Positions 1 to 13,262 of a stretch of 64,000 nucleotides of DNA are shown piece by piece. The notes beneath the pieces were generated by a model. That model was given only the letters and a program-made list of their open reading frames with translations, ran no database searches and was not told the origin of the DNA. A program made the translations under genes and the position numbers. Source of the DNA: Octopus sinensis (lineage: Eukaryota). Position 1 is the first letter of the stretch; every line of letters starts with the position of its first letter. The DNA lies in NCBI RefSeq assembly GCF_006345805.1, contig NC_043004.1:101060001-101124000 (forward strand), given 5' to 3'.

Positions 1-615
1 TTGTGCTTGTAGTTGCCGATGCTATTATTGCTGCTACTGCTGCTGCTGCTGCTACTGTTGCTGTTGCTGTTATTCACGTTGTTTTTGTGAATAGATTTGT
101 TCTTGGCTCAGATTTAATTAAAACCAAGGGAAAAGAAAGAATTAAGAACATTAAGAAAATAATGAGAATCAGAGAGAGAGTTGTTGTTGTTGTTGGTGGT
201 GGTGGTGGTAGTGGTAGGGCTATTTCATTTATTTTCACACACACACACAAGTACACACATACACATATAAGACAACACATAGATGCCTCCATTCATGTAA
301 GCATACATTCATTGACAGATTATAAAAGCAAACAGCTTTCCTCTATATAGAACACCTCCAGAACAAAAGGAGAACAATTTCTTCCCATCCATAAAACATA
401 ATAACAAATAACTCCTCCCTGTAATAGCAGAATAATCCCACCTTCACCTCCTTCCCATGCGAAGGAGGCAAAGCACAGCTCCTGATAAACACCACATTAC
501 TACCAACAAGAAAAATGTAAGAACGAACCACTACTGAGGAGGAAGAATAAATACAAGCCTATTGTCATATACACACAAACTTAGATGCATATACATATAT
601 ATATGTATATATATA

Positions 616-653
<38 letters not shown>

Positions 654-741
654 TATATATGTATATATATATGTATTTATATACATATATAGATATATAT
701 ATCTTATATATATATATAATACAACTTATATATAAAGAATA

Positions 742-812
<71 letters not shown>

Positions 813-2061
813 ACATATATATATATATATACACATACATAATATATATATATATATGTATGTATGTAGTATATCTATATATGTATATATATGTGTATAC
901 GTATATATATATATATGTATATATAAATATACACCACACACATACACCCTAGAATATATGGATTAATGCATATGACACAAAGCAAATTCTTCTGTAACCT
1001 TAAAAACTGCGTTCGTTCCTCCTCTTCCATTATTATAAACAACATTTAAAAAGCAGAATCTCATTAAAAAAGATAGAAAAGCCTGCGACAGCAAAATGTT
1101 TCTCTTCAGCTTTTACTGTATACAATAAACCTACCTTTCACACTAGAGTTCTTTTGTTAAAGAGAAAGATACCATAATCAAGTCGGATCAGCAGAATCTG
1201 TAAGCTTCCTATTCAACAGTATTTAACTGCTCTGATAATGAGCAGCCTCTCAATTACCAAGCCTACCATTTCAAGTATTGTCTATGGACCTGCCTTCTCC
1301 TCTTCTTCAAGTCTTGTAGATTCTTATGCATATAACATATCATTCTATTCAGTTTGCATTTCTTTTTTTCTTTAAATCTAGAATGCAATCCATTGTCTTC
1401 TTCAAAGAGAATCTCACAATCTCTTGTAGCGTTTAACAACACCAAAACATAAACATTACTTAATTCATTGAAAAGGGACGTGCCACACATAAATAGCTCT
1501 TGACTGTAGAACCTCTTTCATCTTAAGATTCAATACGCATTTGGTTAAACATTAGATCTCGAGGAAACTAGTGATGGTTTGTACTGGCAGAAGGGTAATG
1601 AATTTCATCATCATCATCATCATCATTGTTATCATTGTATGTAATGTCCATGTTCCATGCTGGTATGGGTTGGAAAATTTTAGTGGATCCAATTGATGCA
1701 AGGACTGCAATGTGCTCCAGTGTCTCCTTTGGTTTTTAAGGCTGGATATGGTCTTTATGGTTTCTATGGCTTGATGTCCTTCCTAATACCAACTATTTTA
1801 CAGCAAGTATTGCGTGTTCTTTTCATCCCACTGGAATGAGTGAGACCACAAGACTACGAAACCCTAGGGGAGTATTGATTTTACACTCGAAGATGAGAGA
1901 TTCACAAATGAGAGAAGGGGTTGCAACAGAGCAGGTTCGTGTTACAGGGGAGCTATGTTGCTACTCACACTTACAAGAGAGCATGAGAATGATCAGTAGG
2001 AACTGCAAAGAGATAAATAATGTAAAAGAAAAAAGAAAAAAATCAACTTACTGTACCATAA

Positions 2062-2457
2062 GAAGGCTGTGTGGTAAGTAGCTTGCTTACCTACCACATG
2101 GTTCTGGGTTCAGTCCCACTGCATGGCACCTTGGGCAAGTGTCTTCTACTATGGCTTCAGGTTGACCAAAGCCTTGTGAGTGGATTTGGTAGACGGAAAC
2201 TGAAAGAAGCCTGTCGCATATATATATGTGTGTGTGTGTGTGTGTGTTTGTGCATCTATGTTTGTTCCCCAACATCGCTTGGCAACCGATGCTGGTGTGT
2301 TTACATCCCCGTCACTAAGCGGTTCGGCAAGAGAGACCGATAGAATAAGTACTAGGCTTACAAAGAATAAGTCCCGGGGTCGATTTGCTCGACTAAAGGC
2401 GGTGCTCCAGCATGGCCGCAGTCAAATGACTGAAAGAAATAAAAAGAATAAAAGAAT
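2062..2457 (+). mobile_element. SINE family A (tRNA-like head, internal microsatellite, gtaaaaga tail)
   Basis: tggctgtgtggtaag / ggttcagtccc A- and B-box-like head; ccttgggcaagtgtctt core. Confidence 0.9.
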
Positions 2458-3237
2458 ATTATTTATTTAAACTCATCATTCTGAAGTGACTTCTAGAAAT
2501 AACGCTTCTAAATAGCTCATCAATGAGATTTAACTTCTTGTTTCTAGTTGGAACCCAAAATATATGTTAATATTGTGTAGCCCTTTATTGTATAAGACCT
2601 AAATATGCATCACAATGTATTGTTACTCTCTCTCTTTTTCTCTCTGAAATGATTAATTCTTGTTTTAATTCTTCACACTCCAGAAATGAGTCAGATGACT
2701 GCCATCACATGATTAGTGAACAACTCTTAACCTTTTTACCATAGAAAGCAGATATATCCACTCAAAATTTCATTACCCTTAACTGCAGAAAGCTGTTTAA
2801 TATACCAATCATTCTTTTGTTGAGGAATGTCATTTTTTGAAACTATTTTCTCTTGAGAGATGTCAAGTTTACTGAGGCAACATGACTTGCAGAAAATACC
2901 AGTTCTATAGTTTGGTAAATATTTAACATCATTGCTGGAATAACCTTGAAATTTTATTTCACAATGAAAGGTTTAATGATGATTTTCATCCAATGGACAA
3001 TTGTTCTTGTTTTAACACCCACTGGTTTCGAGAACCCTCTAACTGTATCACACTCTCACTCAAGTTCCTCGTTAATTGATTACTACGAAAAAATTTTAAC
3101 TTGTGGCAATTTCTGTTTTGGAGTATTTGACCTGAGTTTCATTTCTCTGTAAACACTACATTGAGAACTGTATATGGTACTTCATTTTTAGAGGTAAAAC
3201 TCTTTGGAATTCCCTTTCCACAGATATTCTTACATTG

Positions 3238-3538
3238 AGCAAGGTCGTTGCCAGTGCCGCTGGATTGACTCCTGTGCAAGTGGCACGTAAAAAACACCAT
3301 TTTCAAGCGCAGCCATTGCCAGTACCATCAGACTGGCCCTCGTGCCGGTGGCACATAAAAGCACCCACTACACTCTCGGAGTGGTTGGCATTAGGAAGGA
3401 CATCCAACTGTAGAAACTCTGCCAGATCAGACTGAAGCTTGGTGCATCCATCTGGTTCGCCAGTCCTTAGTCAAATCGTCCAACCCATGCTAGCATGGAA
3501 AGCAGACGTTAAACAATGATGATGATGATGATGATGAT
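3238..3538 (+). mobile_element. Family D retroelement fragment (RTE-like tail ending gacgttaaac(gat)n)
   Basis: ggaaggacatccaactgtagaaac...catgctagcatggaaagcagacgttaaacaatgatgat. Other D copies at about 1608-1870(-), 7170-7345(+), 26590-26900(-), 35525-35697(+) and 56690-56870(-). Confidence 0.8.
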
Positions 3539-4049
3539 GGACCGACTTTCGATTCTTGAAGCACTACATTATCTGTATCCTTCAAGTCTTATATTTTTGT
3601 ACACCAATGAAAGACTCAATGTAAGCAGAGATAATTGTTAACCTCATCAGAAATAACATGACAATTAAAAACAATAGCCACAACCTATCAAACTGTTCTC
3701 AATAAGCCTATTATTCTTTGCTAAAAGAAGGTAATTTAAACAAGTAATCAATCATTTAAAGCAAATTGTTCTTTTTTTTTTCCACTCCATTACTCAACAC
3801 AACGAAACTTCTCTTTAGAGCTCTTCTGTGGAAATGAAGACAATTTAATTGAGTTACTGTCCAGTTAAAGCAAAATATTTGCCACCAACAGTTATTGCTC
3901 AATGTAAAGAATGTTAACTATGCAAAACAAAAAGGCACCTATAAGAGATTATATGGTTAGTCAAGTTGTCAACCTGTTAAAGTAAGAAGAAGAAAATATT
4001 TTCTCCAGTCATTATTCAACACAATAGAAATTATGTGATAGAACACTTC

Positions 4050-4340
4050 TGTTAAAGGAGATAATTTAATCAAGTTATCAACCAATTAAATTGCTCAGAA
4101 TAAAGCTAACTTCTTCTGTAGAGCTCTCCTGTAAAAGAAGATAATTTAATCAAGTTATCAGCCAATTAAATTGCTCAGAAAAAAATAAATAAATAAATAA
4201 AGCTAGCTTTCTACATAGAGCTCTCCTGTAAAAGAAGATAATTTAATCAAGTTATCAGCCAATTAAATTGTTCCGTAATAAAGCTAGCTTTCTCTGAAGG
4301 GTTCTCATACAAAAGTTCTCAATTAAATTGCTCAGAATTC
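4050..4340. repeat. Degenerate 80-97-bp tandem repeat (about 3 units)
   Basis: agataatttaatcaagttatca recurs at 4059, 4139 and 4236. Confidence 0.85.
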
Positions 4341-4679
4341 CTAAAGGCTTTTTACAATCTATGACAACATTTTAGTATATTTATTTACATTTTTTTTCAT
4401 TTTTATTTTTTGAAGTTTATTTATTTCTTTATTTATATGCATATGGATATGTGTATTTATCTATGGGCATATATATTTCTTTAACTATACTTGTTTTTGT
4501 CTGTTTTTATGTATTTTATGTTTAAATGGTAATTCTATAAGTTTTAGAGTTAATTTCATTTTGGATACGGTTAAGTTGCATTTCTTCTTTGCTTGTGCAT
4601 ATATACACTTTTGTGTAAACGTAGACTCGTTTGCATTAATGTATGTGTGTGTGTAGATGAGTCTATGTGTGTGCATTTG

Positions 4680-5400
<721 letters not shown>

Positions 5401-5724
5401 TTGTCTACGTGTATGTCTTATAAACAATTGCATTCACATTTCACTTGGGAATGTCCCATAATTATTACATTCTTTCTCACTTTAAAGATAAAAACTAGAA
5501 CAGCAGCAACAACAACAACAAGAGATAAAAATAAATAATAAAACAAAGGCAAATCAGCAATACTTGATTGTTCTAGTACCATTTATTTAATTTTATAATT
5601 ACAGTCGTTGTGAAGAGTAACGAGCAATGGGCAGAGAAGAACAAGTGATAAATATAAATTAAGAAAGCAAATAGATATTTTCCTTCATTGAAATCTTTAT
5701 CCTCCCCCCTTTCGTTTCTCGCAG

Positions 5725-5751
5725 CTGCTCTTGATAAAATAATGCGAAACA
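5725..5751 (+). CDS. Candidate 27-nt phase-1 micro-exon (xALDKIMRNx) of an unidentified host gene
   Basis: Acceptor cctcccccctttcgtttctcgcag, donor aca|GTAAGT, length a multiple of 3, only one frame open, TGCATG at 5773-5778. No protein recognised. Confidence 0.45.
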
Positions 5752-6188
5752 GTAAGTCCTGACAGGCAACCCTGCATGCCAAAAGGGGAGGGAAGAGGCA
5801 CCAAAAGAAGATAAAGGCTGGAGAATAACACACTGCTTCATCCCCTTACTGCATTCTTCGATCCCCATTGCCTCATCCCCACAAAAAAAATAATAAAATA
5901 AAAAAAAAAAATTTTTAAATATATATAAATATAAATAAATATTTGCAATAATGAAGCTGCAAGAAAAATGCTATATCCTCTTCCTACTTTCTAATCAGAT
6001 AGTCTTCTTCAATCCACTAAGCATCCTTCTCTTAGAATCTAAGAATCTGCAACCAACCTGTATTGTAACTACATCTTAACAAATGGCTGATGGAAAAGCC
6101 TCCAAATACATTTATACAATCCGTGCAGTATTGCAGATACTGAAGTAGAGAGTATCCTTAACATTAAAATTAAACTTCAAACTCATTA

Positions 6189-6656
6189 CTCTCTTTACTC
6201 TTTTACTTGTTTCAGTCATTTGACTGTGGCCATGTTGGAGCATCACCTTTAGTCGAGCAAATCGACCCCAGGACTTATTCGTTGTAAGCCTAGTACTTAT
6301 TCTGTCAGTCTCTTTGGTCGAACCGCTAAGTTACGGGGACGTAAATACACCAGCATCGGTTGTCAAGCGATGTTGCTGGGGACAAACACAGACACATAAA
6401 CATACACACACACTCATATATATATATATAAGGCGGTGAGCTGGCAGAAGCGTTAGCACACCGGGCGAAATGCGTAGCCGTATTTCGTCTGCCGTTACCT
6501 TCTGAGTTCAAATTCCGCCGAGGTCGACTTTGCCTTTCATCCTTTCGGGGTCGATAAATTAAGTACCAGTTACGCACTGGGCCGATGTAATCGATTTAAT
6601 CCGTATGTCTGTACTTGTTTGTCTCCTCTGTGTTTAGCCCCTTGTGGGTAGTAAAG

Positions 6657-6692
<36 letters not shown>

Positions 6693-6855
6693 GACGGGCT
6701 TCTTTCAGTTTCCGTCTACCAAATCCACTCACAAGGCTTTGGCCAGTCCGAGGCTATAGTAGAAGACACTTACCCAAGGTGCCATGCAGTGGGACTGAAC
6801 CCGGAACCATGTGGTTGGTTAGCAAGCTACTTACCACACAGCCACTCCTGCACCT
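6189..6855 (-). mobile_element. SINE family A interrupted by SINE family B (6432-6661, +) in its internal microsatellite
   Basis: The two halves of A flank a complete B copy. Confidence 0.9.
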
Positions 6856-7025
6856 ATATATATGTAATAAGTTATTTAAGCCTTGGGTATATACTTGGTA
6901 GTATGCTGATTAAAGCACTTTTGCTGCCTATGGCTACATGATGTCATCCACAGTATTGATATAAATGCCAGTGGATCTACATCAGGAATTCCTCAGTGTT
7001 TGCCAAGTATGTAACAAATGAGAGA

Positions 7026-7151
7026 AACAGAAGATGGAATTCACAAAATTCTTTATTAATCACAACAATCATTTCAAAACATCTTGCATCCAAGATGGGT
7101 CGAAACGATCATTGTAATTAATAAAGAATCTTGTGAACTCCATTTTCTGTT
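7026..7151. repeat. Imperfect palindrome with 50-bp arms
   Basis: 7026-7075 is the approximate reverse complement of 7102-7151; the spacer is itself a hairpin (catcttg/caagatg). Confidence 0.88.
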
Positions 7152-7383
7152 ACATAATTAGTGACCATGTGAGTGGCATGTAAAAAGCGCCCTCTACACT
7201 CTTGGGGTGGTTGGAATTAGGAAGGGCATCCAGCTATAGAAATACCATGTCAAATCAGACTGGAACCTAGTGCAACTCCCTGACTTACCAGTTTTTAGTG
7301 AAACTATCCAACACATGCCAGCATGGAAAACGGACGTTAAAAAAAATAAGAGAAGAGTCAAAGATACCCACCAAGAACTACTA

Positions 7384-7709
7384 TTGTTGTTGTTTGTTCC
7401 TTCTCCAGCCATGCCTGGCTCATAAGGCTGGATTCCCGGTTTCCTTGGTGTATAGGTTCCCCACCTGGATGGGATGCCGGTCCATCACAGGTGAGCTGCA
7501 AGATGCAGGAGGAAAGAGTGAGAGAAAGTTGTGGCGAAAGAGTCAGCAGAGTTCGCCATTACCTTCTGCTGGAGCCGCATGGAGCTTAGGTGTTTCACTC
7601 TTAAACACACACATCACCCGGTCTGAGATTCGAACCCACAATCCCTCGATTGCAAGTCCGCTGCTCTAACCACTAGGCCATGTGCCGCCACATGGCCTAG
7701 TGGTTAGAG
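7384..7709 (-). mobile_element. SINE family E-like copy with a fold-back 5' end and 12-bp TSD
   Basis: caagaactacta at 7372-7383 and 7720-7731; tRNA-like head on the minus strand. Confidence 0.8.
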
Positions 7710-7926
7710 TAGTTCTCCACAAGAACTACTAGATGATCCCTAATCTCTGGTATCATAATAGAACTGTATCCTTCATCAGTGTTTCTATGGTTATTAGAAA
7801 TGTCTGTTGCTTCATTAAGTTTACTTGTTCTGTGTCACCGCCATCTTTTCTGAATAAATCATATTACTCTCATTCATTTCACTTCTTCCTATCACTCACT
7901 ATTTAAACCCTGCTATTTCCTTCATG

Positions 7927-8235
7927 GTGGAGGCACGATGGCCCAGTGGTTAGGGCCGCGGACTCGCGGTCAGAGGATCACAGTTTCGATTCCCAGAGAG
8001 GGCATTGTGTATGTTTATTGAGCGAAAACACTTAAAAGCTCCACGAGGCTCTGGCAGGGGGTGGAGGGTGACTCCTGTTGTACTCTTTCACCACAACTTT
8101 CTCTCACTCTCTCTTCCTGTTTCTTGAGTAACACTGCGATGGACTGGCATCCCATCCAGCTGTGGGAGAACACATATGCCACAGAAACCAGGAAACCGGG
8201 CCCATGAGCCTGGCTAGGCTTGAAAAGGGAGACGT
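7927..8235 (+). mobile_element. SINE family E
   Basis: ggaggcacgatggcccagtggttaggg...gtttcgattccc head; homologous to 56277-56657. Confidence 0.85.
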
Positions 8236-9001
8236 TTTATTTTTTTATTTCTTTCATGAGAAATTGCATCAAAAATCTCTCTCAGATCACTCTTTACTGT
8301 CATAAAAATTTTTTAAAATGAGGAAGAATTCACATTAGATAATATGATTATAAACACTCCTCACAGAAGAAGGGTTGGCCATAATTGGGATGTTTTTGAT
8401 CACAGGTCTGATTGATCATGGTTCACTTGAGCGCTAACTCAAAGAAAATGTACTGTTAGTATAAGAAGAGCCTGCTACACTAAACATGCTTTCATAATCT
8501 CATATAACCCTACCATTCACACTTGTTTCTGTTCTGCTTGTCAACACTACATATATCACTTACAAGACTTTCTCCTAAATAATGAGATAATCTCAGCAGG
8601 AATCCTTTTAATCATATGTATATGTTTGGTCAGGGTTAACCTGGAGTTAAACAACAACAACAACAACTATATTACCACATGCATCACAAACCTATTCCTC
8701 ATATTTACACATTCCACATCTCAAACATACATTAAATCATACATTGCACTCAATACACAACACATCACAGACTCTACTCTAGATACACACTCACACACAC
8801 ACATATACTCATATATAGATATAAATATGTATGTATGTATTTATATATATAGATATATATATATACATCTTAGCCCTTAGATCTTCCAGTATTGTCAGCA
8901 CAACAGGCAGCATACCTTCTCCAAACATCCTAATTACTCGCCTTCCTCCTGGCTCCACTTGGGCTAACTCCCATCACCAGCATGTTGTCCTGGTGCATGT
9001 T

Positions 9002-9232
9002 TATTTCTTTATTGCCCACAAGGGGCTAAACATAGAGGGGACAAACAAGGACAGACAAAGGGACTAAGTCGATTACATTGACCCCAGTGCGTCATTGGTA
9101 CATAATTTATCGACCCCGAAAGGCTGAAAGGCAAAGTCAACCTCAGCGGAATTTGAACTCAGAACGTAATGGCAGACAAAATACCAGTAAGCATTTCGCC
9201 CGGCGTGCTAACGTTTCTGCCAGCTCACCGCC
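9002..9232 (-). mobile_element. SINE family B
   Basis: Reverse complement of ggcggtgagctggcag...ttctgagttcaaattccgc...ctttcggggtcgataaa...ccccttgtgggcaataaagaaata. Confidence 0.88.
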
Positions 9233-9329
9233 TTGTCTCAGTACATGTTGCACCACATCTTCCTTGGTCTCTTTCCTCTTTCCAGCATCCACCCCATCAC
9301 AATGGCACCGGTAACCAAAGCACATGGCC

Positions 9330-9720
9330 AGCAAGCCATAATCACCACTTAGTTGCCATGTCCTGCAAAATTTCTCATGCCAGCTCTTCTCATCACCTCT
9401 TTGTATCTCACTCTGTCCTGGTAAGACATGTCCAGGATTGAACATTGGCAGAGTCAATGGAACACATCTAGCATTTGTGAGATCTCCACTGTCTTCTCTC
9501 AGGTTTCAGAGGCATAGATGGTTGTTGGTATTCCAACAGATGAGAATAGCTGCAGCTTTATCTTATTACTGATGGCCTTCAATTTCCATATTCGATGAAG
9601 GCATTGAAATACTGACATTGCTTTACCTATTCTGGTCCTGACTTCAACATCTGTATCACCTTTATTGGAAACACAGCTTCCAAGATATGGAAACTTATTT
9701 ACATACTTTCATGACAAGTT
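9330..9720 (-). pseudogene. Decayed RTE-type LINE ORF2 fragment (region after the RT core)
   Basis: Manual minus-strand translation: YVNKFPYLGSCVSNKGDTDVEVRTRIGKAMSVFQCLHRIWKLKAISNKIKLQLFSSVGIPTTIYASET*...MLDVFH*...ILDMSYQDRVRYKEVMRRAG. Matches the FxYLGS / RIxKA / LYxSETW pattern, with stops. Confidence 0.85.
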
Positions 9721-9864
9721 GTTCTTGGGTGCCACAAATTGACATGGCATTGGTATTTTCAGTGCAAATCCCAAACCCGGCTATCGCCCTTAAACTGTTT
9801 TAACTTATCTGTCATGGTCTGTAGTACATCTCCATCAAAGCTTAGTAATATATATATGTGTGTG

Positions 9865-10097
9865 TGTGTGTGTGTGGACCAGGCTGCATGTTGTGTTCTT
9901 GAGCAAGACACTTTATTTCATGTTGCTCCAGTTCACTCAGCTGTAGAAATAAGTTGCGACTTCACAGATGCCAAGCTGTATCGGCCTTTGCCTTTCCCTT
10001 GGATAACACTGGTGGTGTGGAGGTGGGAGGCTGGTATGCATGGGCAACTGCTGGCCTTCCATAAACAACCTTGCCCGGACTTGTGCCTCGGAGGGTC
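9865..10097 (+). mobile_element. SINE family C fragment
   Basis: ttgagcaagacactttatttcatgttgctccagttcactcagctgtagaaat core. Confidence 0.8.
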
Positions 10098-10170
10098 TCC
10101 TCCTCCATATGTATATGTCTATATGGAGAGAGTCATTGTGCCAATATAATCAACACACACACTGGTTCGC

Positions 10171-10368
10171 TTCCACTCAATTATTAAATAACAGATTGTT
10201 TTGGTTTTTGTTTGTCAAAACTCTTTCGTTGCTTCTTGCAACCTTCTCAGTGATTTTTGATGCCACCTCTATAAGACATTAACTCAATAGCCACTGAAAA
10301 GGTTGCAAGAAGCAATGACAGAACTTTAACAAAGACAAAACAATAAGATATTTAATAAATGAGTGGAA
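10171..10368. repeat. Imperfect inverted repeat, about 80-bp arms and 39-nt spacer (fold-back MITE-like)
   Basis: ttccactca..ttattaaata..ttgcttcttgcaaccttctcagtg pairs with cactgaaaaggttgcaagaagcaa..tatttaataaatgagtggaa. Confidence 0.8.
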
Positions 10369-11126
10369 CTGAATGATAACTTTCCCTAAACCCAATAAAA
10401 TTTGTTTCAACACACAAATTCATATAAAGAATCTTGCAAACCAGATACAAAAATGAAGTATGTTTATATATATATATACACATATGTAAATAAACATATA
10501 TTACATATATATTATATATATTATATATTTACACACACACACACACATATACATATATATATATATATATAATACAAGTATAGCTGAAATTAACTAAACC
10601 AAACAGTTTTGAAATTAAAAAAAAAAATAACCTGGGATGAGGTTGCTAAAAGATGCTGGAATACCAGTTGTGATCTGTTGATGTGAAATTCTGCAATATC
10701 CCCCAGTCCATCATATAAGACAAATACCAAAAAACCCCAACTGACAAGATAATCATTAATGCCAATTTAGTGCAACTTAAAATGACCATACTGGAAGCTG
10801 TTTCAGAAAATCTTTATCAATAAACTCAGCAGTTGCAGATAAACCACAATACCAAAGACTCTAAGACGCTGCACCATTTTACATTCTGACAGTGTGCCAT
10901 TATTGAGAGAAATAATGGCAACTTTCTCATTCCTCCATCGATTTCTTTGATATCATCGAAATATTGTGATATCATTGAAATACTTTAGTTTCTTTGGAGA
11001 TTTTTCTCTCAAAGCCATTGTGTGGGCTGGGTGTATACAATATCTGTATTGCGTGTGTTTTGTGTTTGTGTAGGATGTATGTCTGTGTATAGTTTATGCA
11101 TTGTATGTGTTGCGGGAGTTATGTTA

Positions 11127-11542
11127 TTCTTTTACTCTTTTTTACTTGTTTCAGTCATTTGACTGCAGCCATGCTGGAGCACCGCCTTTAGTCGAGCAAA
11201 TCGACCCCGGGACTTATTCTTTGTAAGCCCAGTACTTATTCTATTGGTCTCTTTTGCCGAACCGCTAAGTGACGGGGACGTAAACACACCAGCATCAGTT
11301 GTCAAGCAATGCTAAGGGAACAAACACAGACACACAAACACAGACACACACATACATATATATATATATACATATATACGACAGGCTTCTTTCAGTTTCC
11401 GTCTACCAAATCCACACACAAGGCATTGGTCGGCCCGGGGCTATAGCAGAAGACACTTGCCCAAGATGCCATGTAGTGGGACTGAACCCGGAACCATGTG
11501 GCTGGTTAGCAAGCTACTTACCACACAGCCACTCCTGCGCCT
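11127..11542 (-). mobile_element. SINE family A
   Basis: Full-length match to the other A copies. Confidence 0.9.
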
Positions 11543-11759
11543 ATATATGTTGTGTATATATGTTTACATGTGGATGTAATTGTTTCATATTTTCTTTTCT
11601 TTTGTTAGTCTAAACAAGAGTCCATACATACATCGTTCCTAGACAGAGATATGTTATTTACCGAGTGCAGATAAGTCTGTAGGGTTCCATTTGAATTATT
11701 CAAGTCTCTGGTGGCATTTGAAATGAAAATATTTCTGTTGTAAGAAACAACATCTACAA

Positions 11760-12014
11760 CAGTGGATCTCAACTGGGGTCCGTATGACCCTTGGGGGTCC
11801 ACATAAGATTTTGTTGCTAAAGTTTATGAGTAATAAATTGGTTATACTTCTAAAGCACACAAAGTATTTTAACAATTTTTTTTTAATACAGTTCCTAACA
11901 ATATTTAATTGCAAAAACATTATAGGATTTTTCTTTAACAAGGAGATGCAGTAGAGGAAAATAGGAATCAAAGAACAGGGCTCCATAGGCAAAAAAAATG
12001 GTCAAAAACCACTG
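11760..12014. mobile_element. hAT-like MITE
   Basis: cagtggatctcaac...gtcaaaaaccactg TIRs; 8-bp flanks atctacaa/atctgcta match at 6 of 8. Confidence 0.7.
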
Positions 12015-12284
12015 ATCTGCTATGACAATTTGACAGAAATACTGTTCTAGTTATGAAGCTTTAGTTGACGTTAACCAGAGACAGAGAGATAGATGCACTA
12101 GTTTACAGTTGTGGTTAACAAGTTCAGAAGAGCTCAGAAGAGCAGAGTATGAGCAGGGTATGTCAGAGTATATCGTAGTAGGGGTAAAATAAATAGAGTA
12201 ATGAAGAAATATATGACAAGCCACTGATTGTAAAATATGTGTGGGAAACACTGTGCCAAGTATAAGAGCAGGAGGCTGGTTTAA

Positions 12285-12504
12285 CCCATTCGTTACCAAC
12301 CCGGCTGAAACTGGCTCTGGATCTGAGTACAAATGTCTTGTTTTCATAAGTTTTGAATTAAAATCTTCCACCAAATCTTAGTCACAATTTATGTTCCTAA
12401 CAGTAGCTAAATGATAACTAAGTCATTTTACTAAATTCTTTGTTATATTTAAAGTAATTGAAAGTAACACAGAGCATCTCAAAATAAATACAGTAACGAA
12501 AGGG
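12285..12504. mobile_element. piggyBac-like MITE (about 220 bp)
   Basis: TTAA|CCCATTCGTTAC...GTAACGAAAGGG|TTAA terminal inverted repeats with TTAA target. Confidence 0.85.
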
Positions 12505-12818
12505 TTAAAGAATGTTTACAATTTCTATAGGGTTAGCAAATAAATTTTTCATCCCTATTAAAAGTATATTCTGGTAACTTTTTTGCAGCGCATCATAAAT
12601 TACATGGGCTAAATTTCAGGATCAGTTTCCAAACTATACTGCACTTATCTCTTATTACTCTCATTAAACATTTAAAACGGTAATTTTCCTGGCTCCATAG
12701 TCTCTCCACTCTCAAATATAACAGTGAGAATGTATTTCAATAGCGATAGATATGTTTTTATTCCAGCCCATGCAATTACGATGTGTAATGCTTTCCTATC
12801 CGTAAATGCATAGATATC

Positions 12819-13262
12819 AGGTGTAGGAGTGGCTGTGTGGTAAGTAGCTTGCTTACGAACCACATGGTTCCGGTTTCAGTCCCACTGCATGGCACCTTGG
12901 GCAAGAGTCTTCTACTATAGCCTCGGGTCGACCAACCCCTTGTGAGTGGATTTGGTAGACAGAAACTGAAAGAAGCCCATCGTATACATGTGTGTATATA
13001 TATATATGTATATATATATATGTATAAATATATATGTATGGGTGTGTATATGTTTGTGTGTCTGTGTTTGTCCCCCCAACATCGCTTGACAAGCGATGCT
13101 GGTGTGTTTATGTCCCTGTAACTTAGCAGTTCAGCAAAAGAGACTGATAGAATAAGTACTAGGCTTCCAAAGAATAAGTCCAGGGGTCGATTTGCTCGAG
13201 CAAAGGCGGTGCTCCTGCATGGCCACAGTCAAATGACTGAAACAAATATAAGAGTAAAAGAG
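12819..13262 (+). mobile_element. SINE family A
   Basis: Full-length match. Confidence 0.9.

Noticed and set aside
1-110. Minus-strand N/S-rich open frame after a pyrimidine tract
   Set aside because: It is a low-complexity trinucleotide tract cut by the window edge and cannot be evaluated.
2062-2120. tRNA-like A/B boxes here and in other SINE heads
   Set aside because: They are SINE promoters with no cloverleaf, so no tRNA gene is called.
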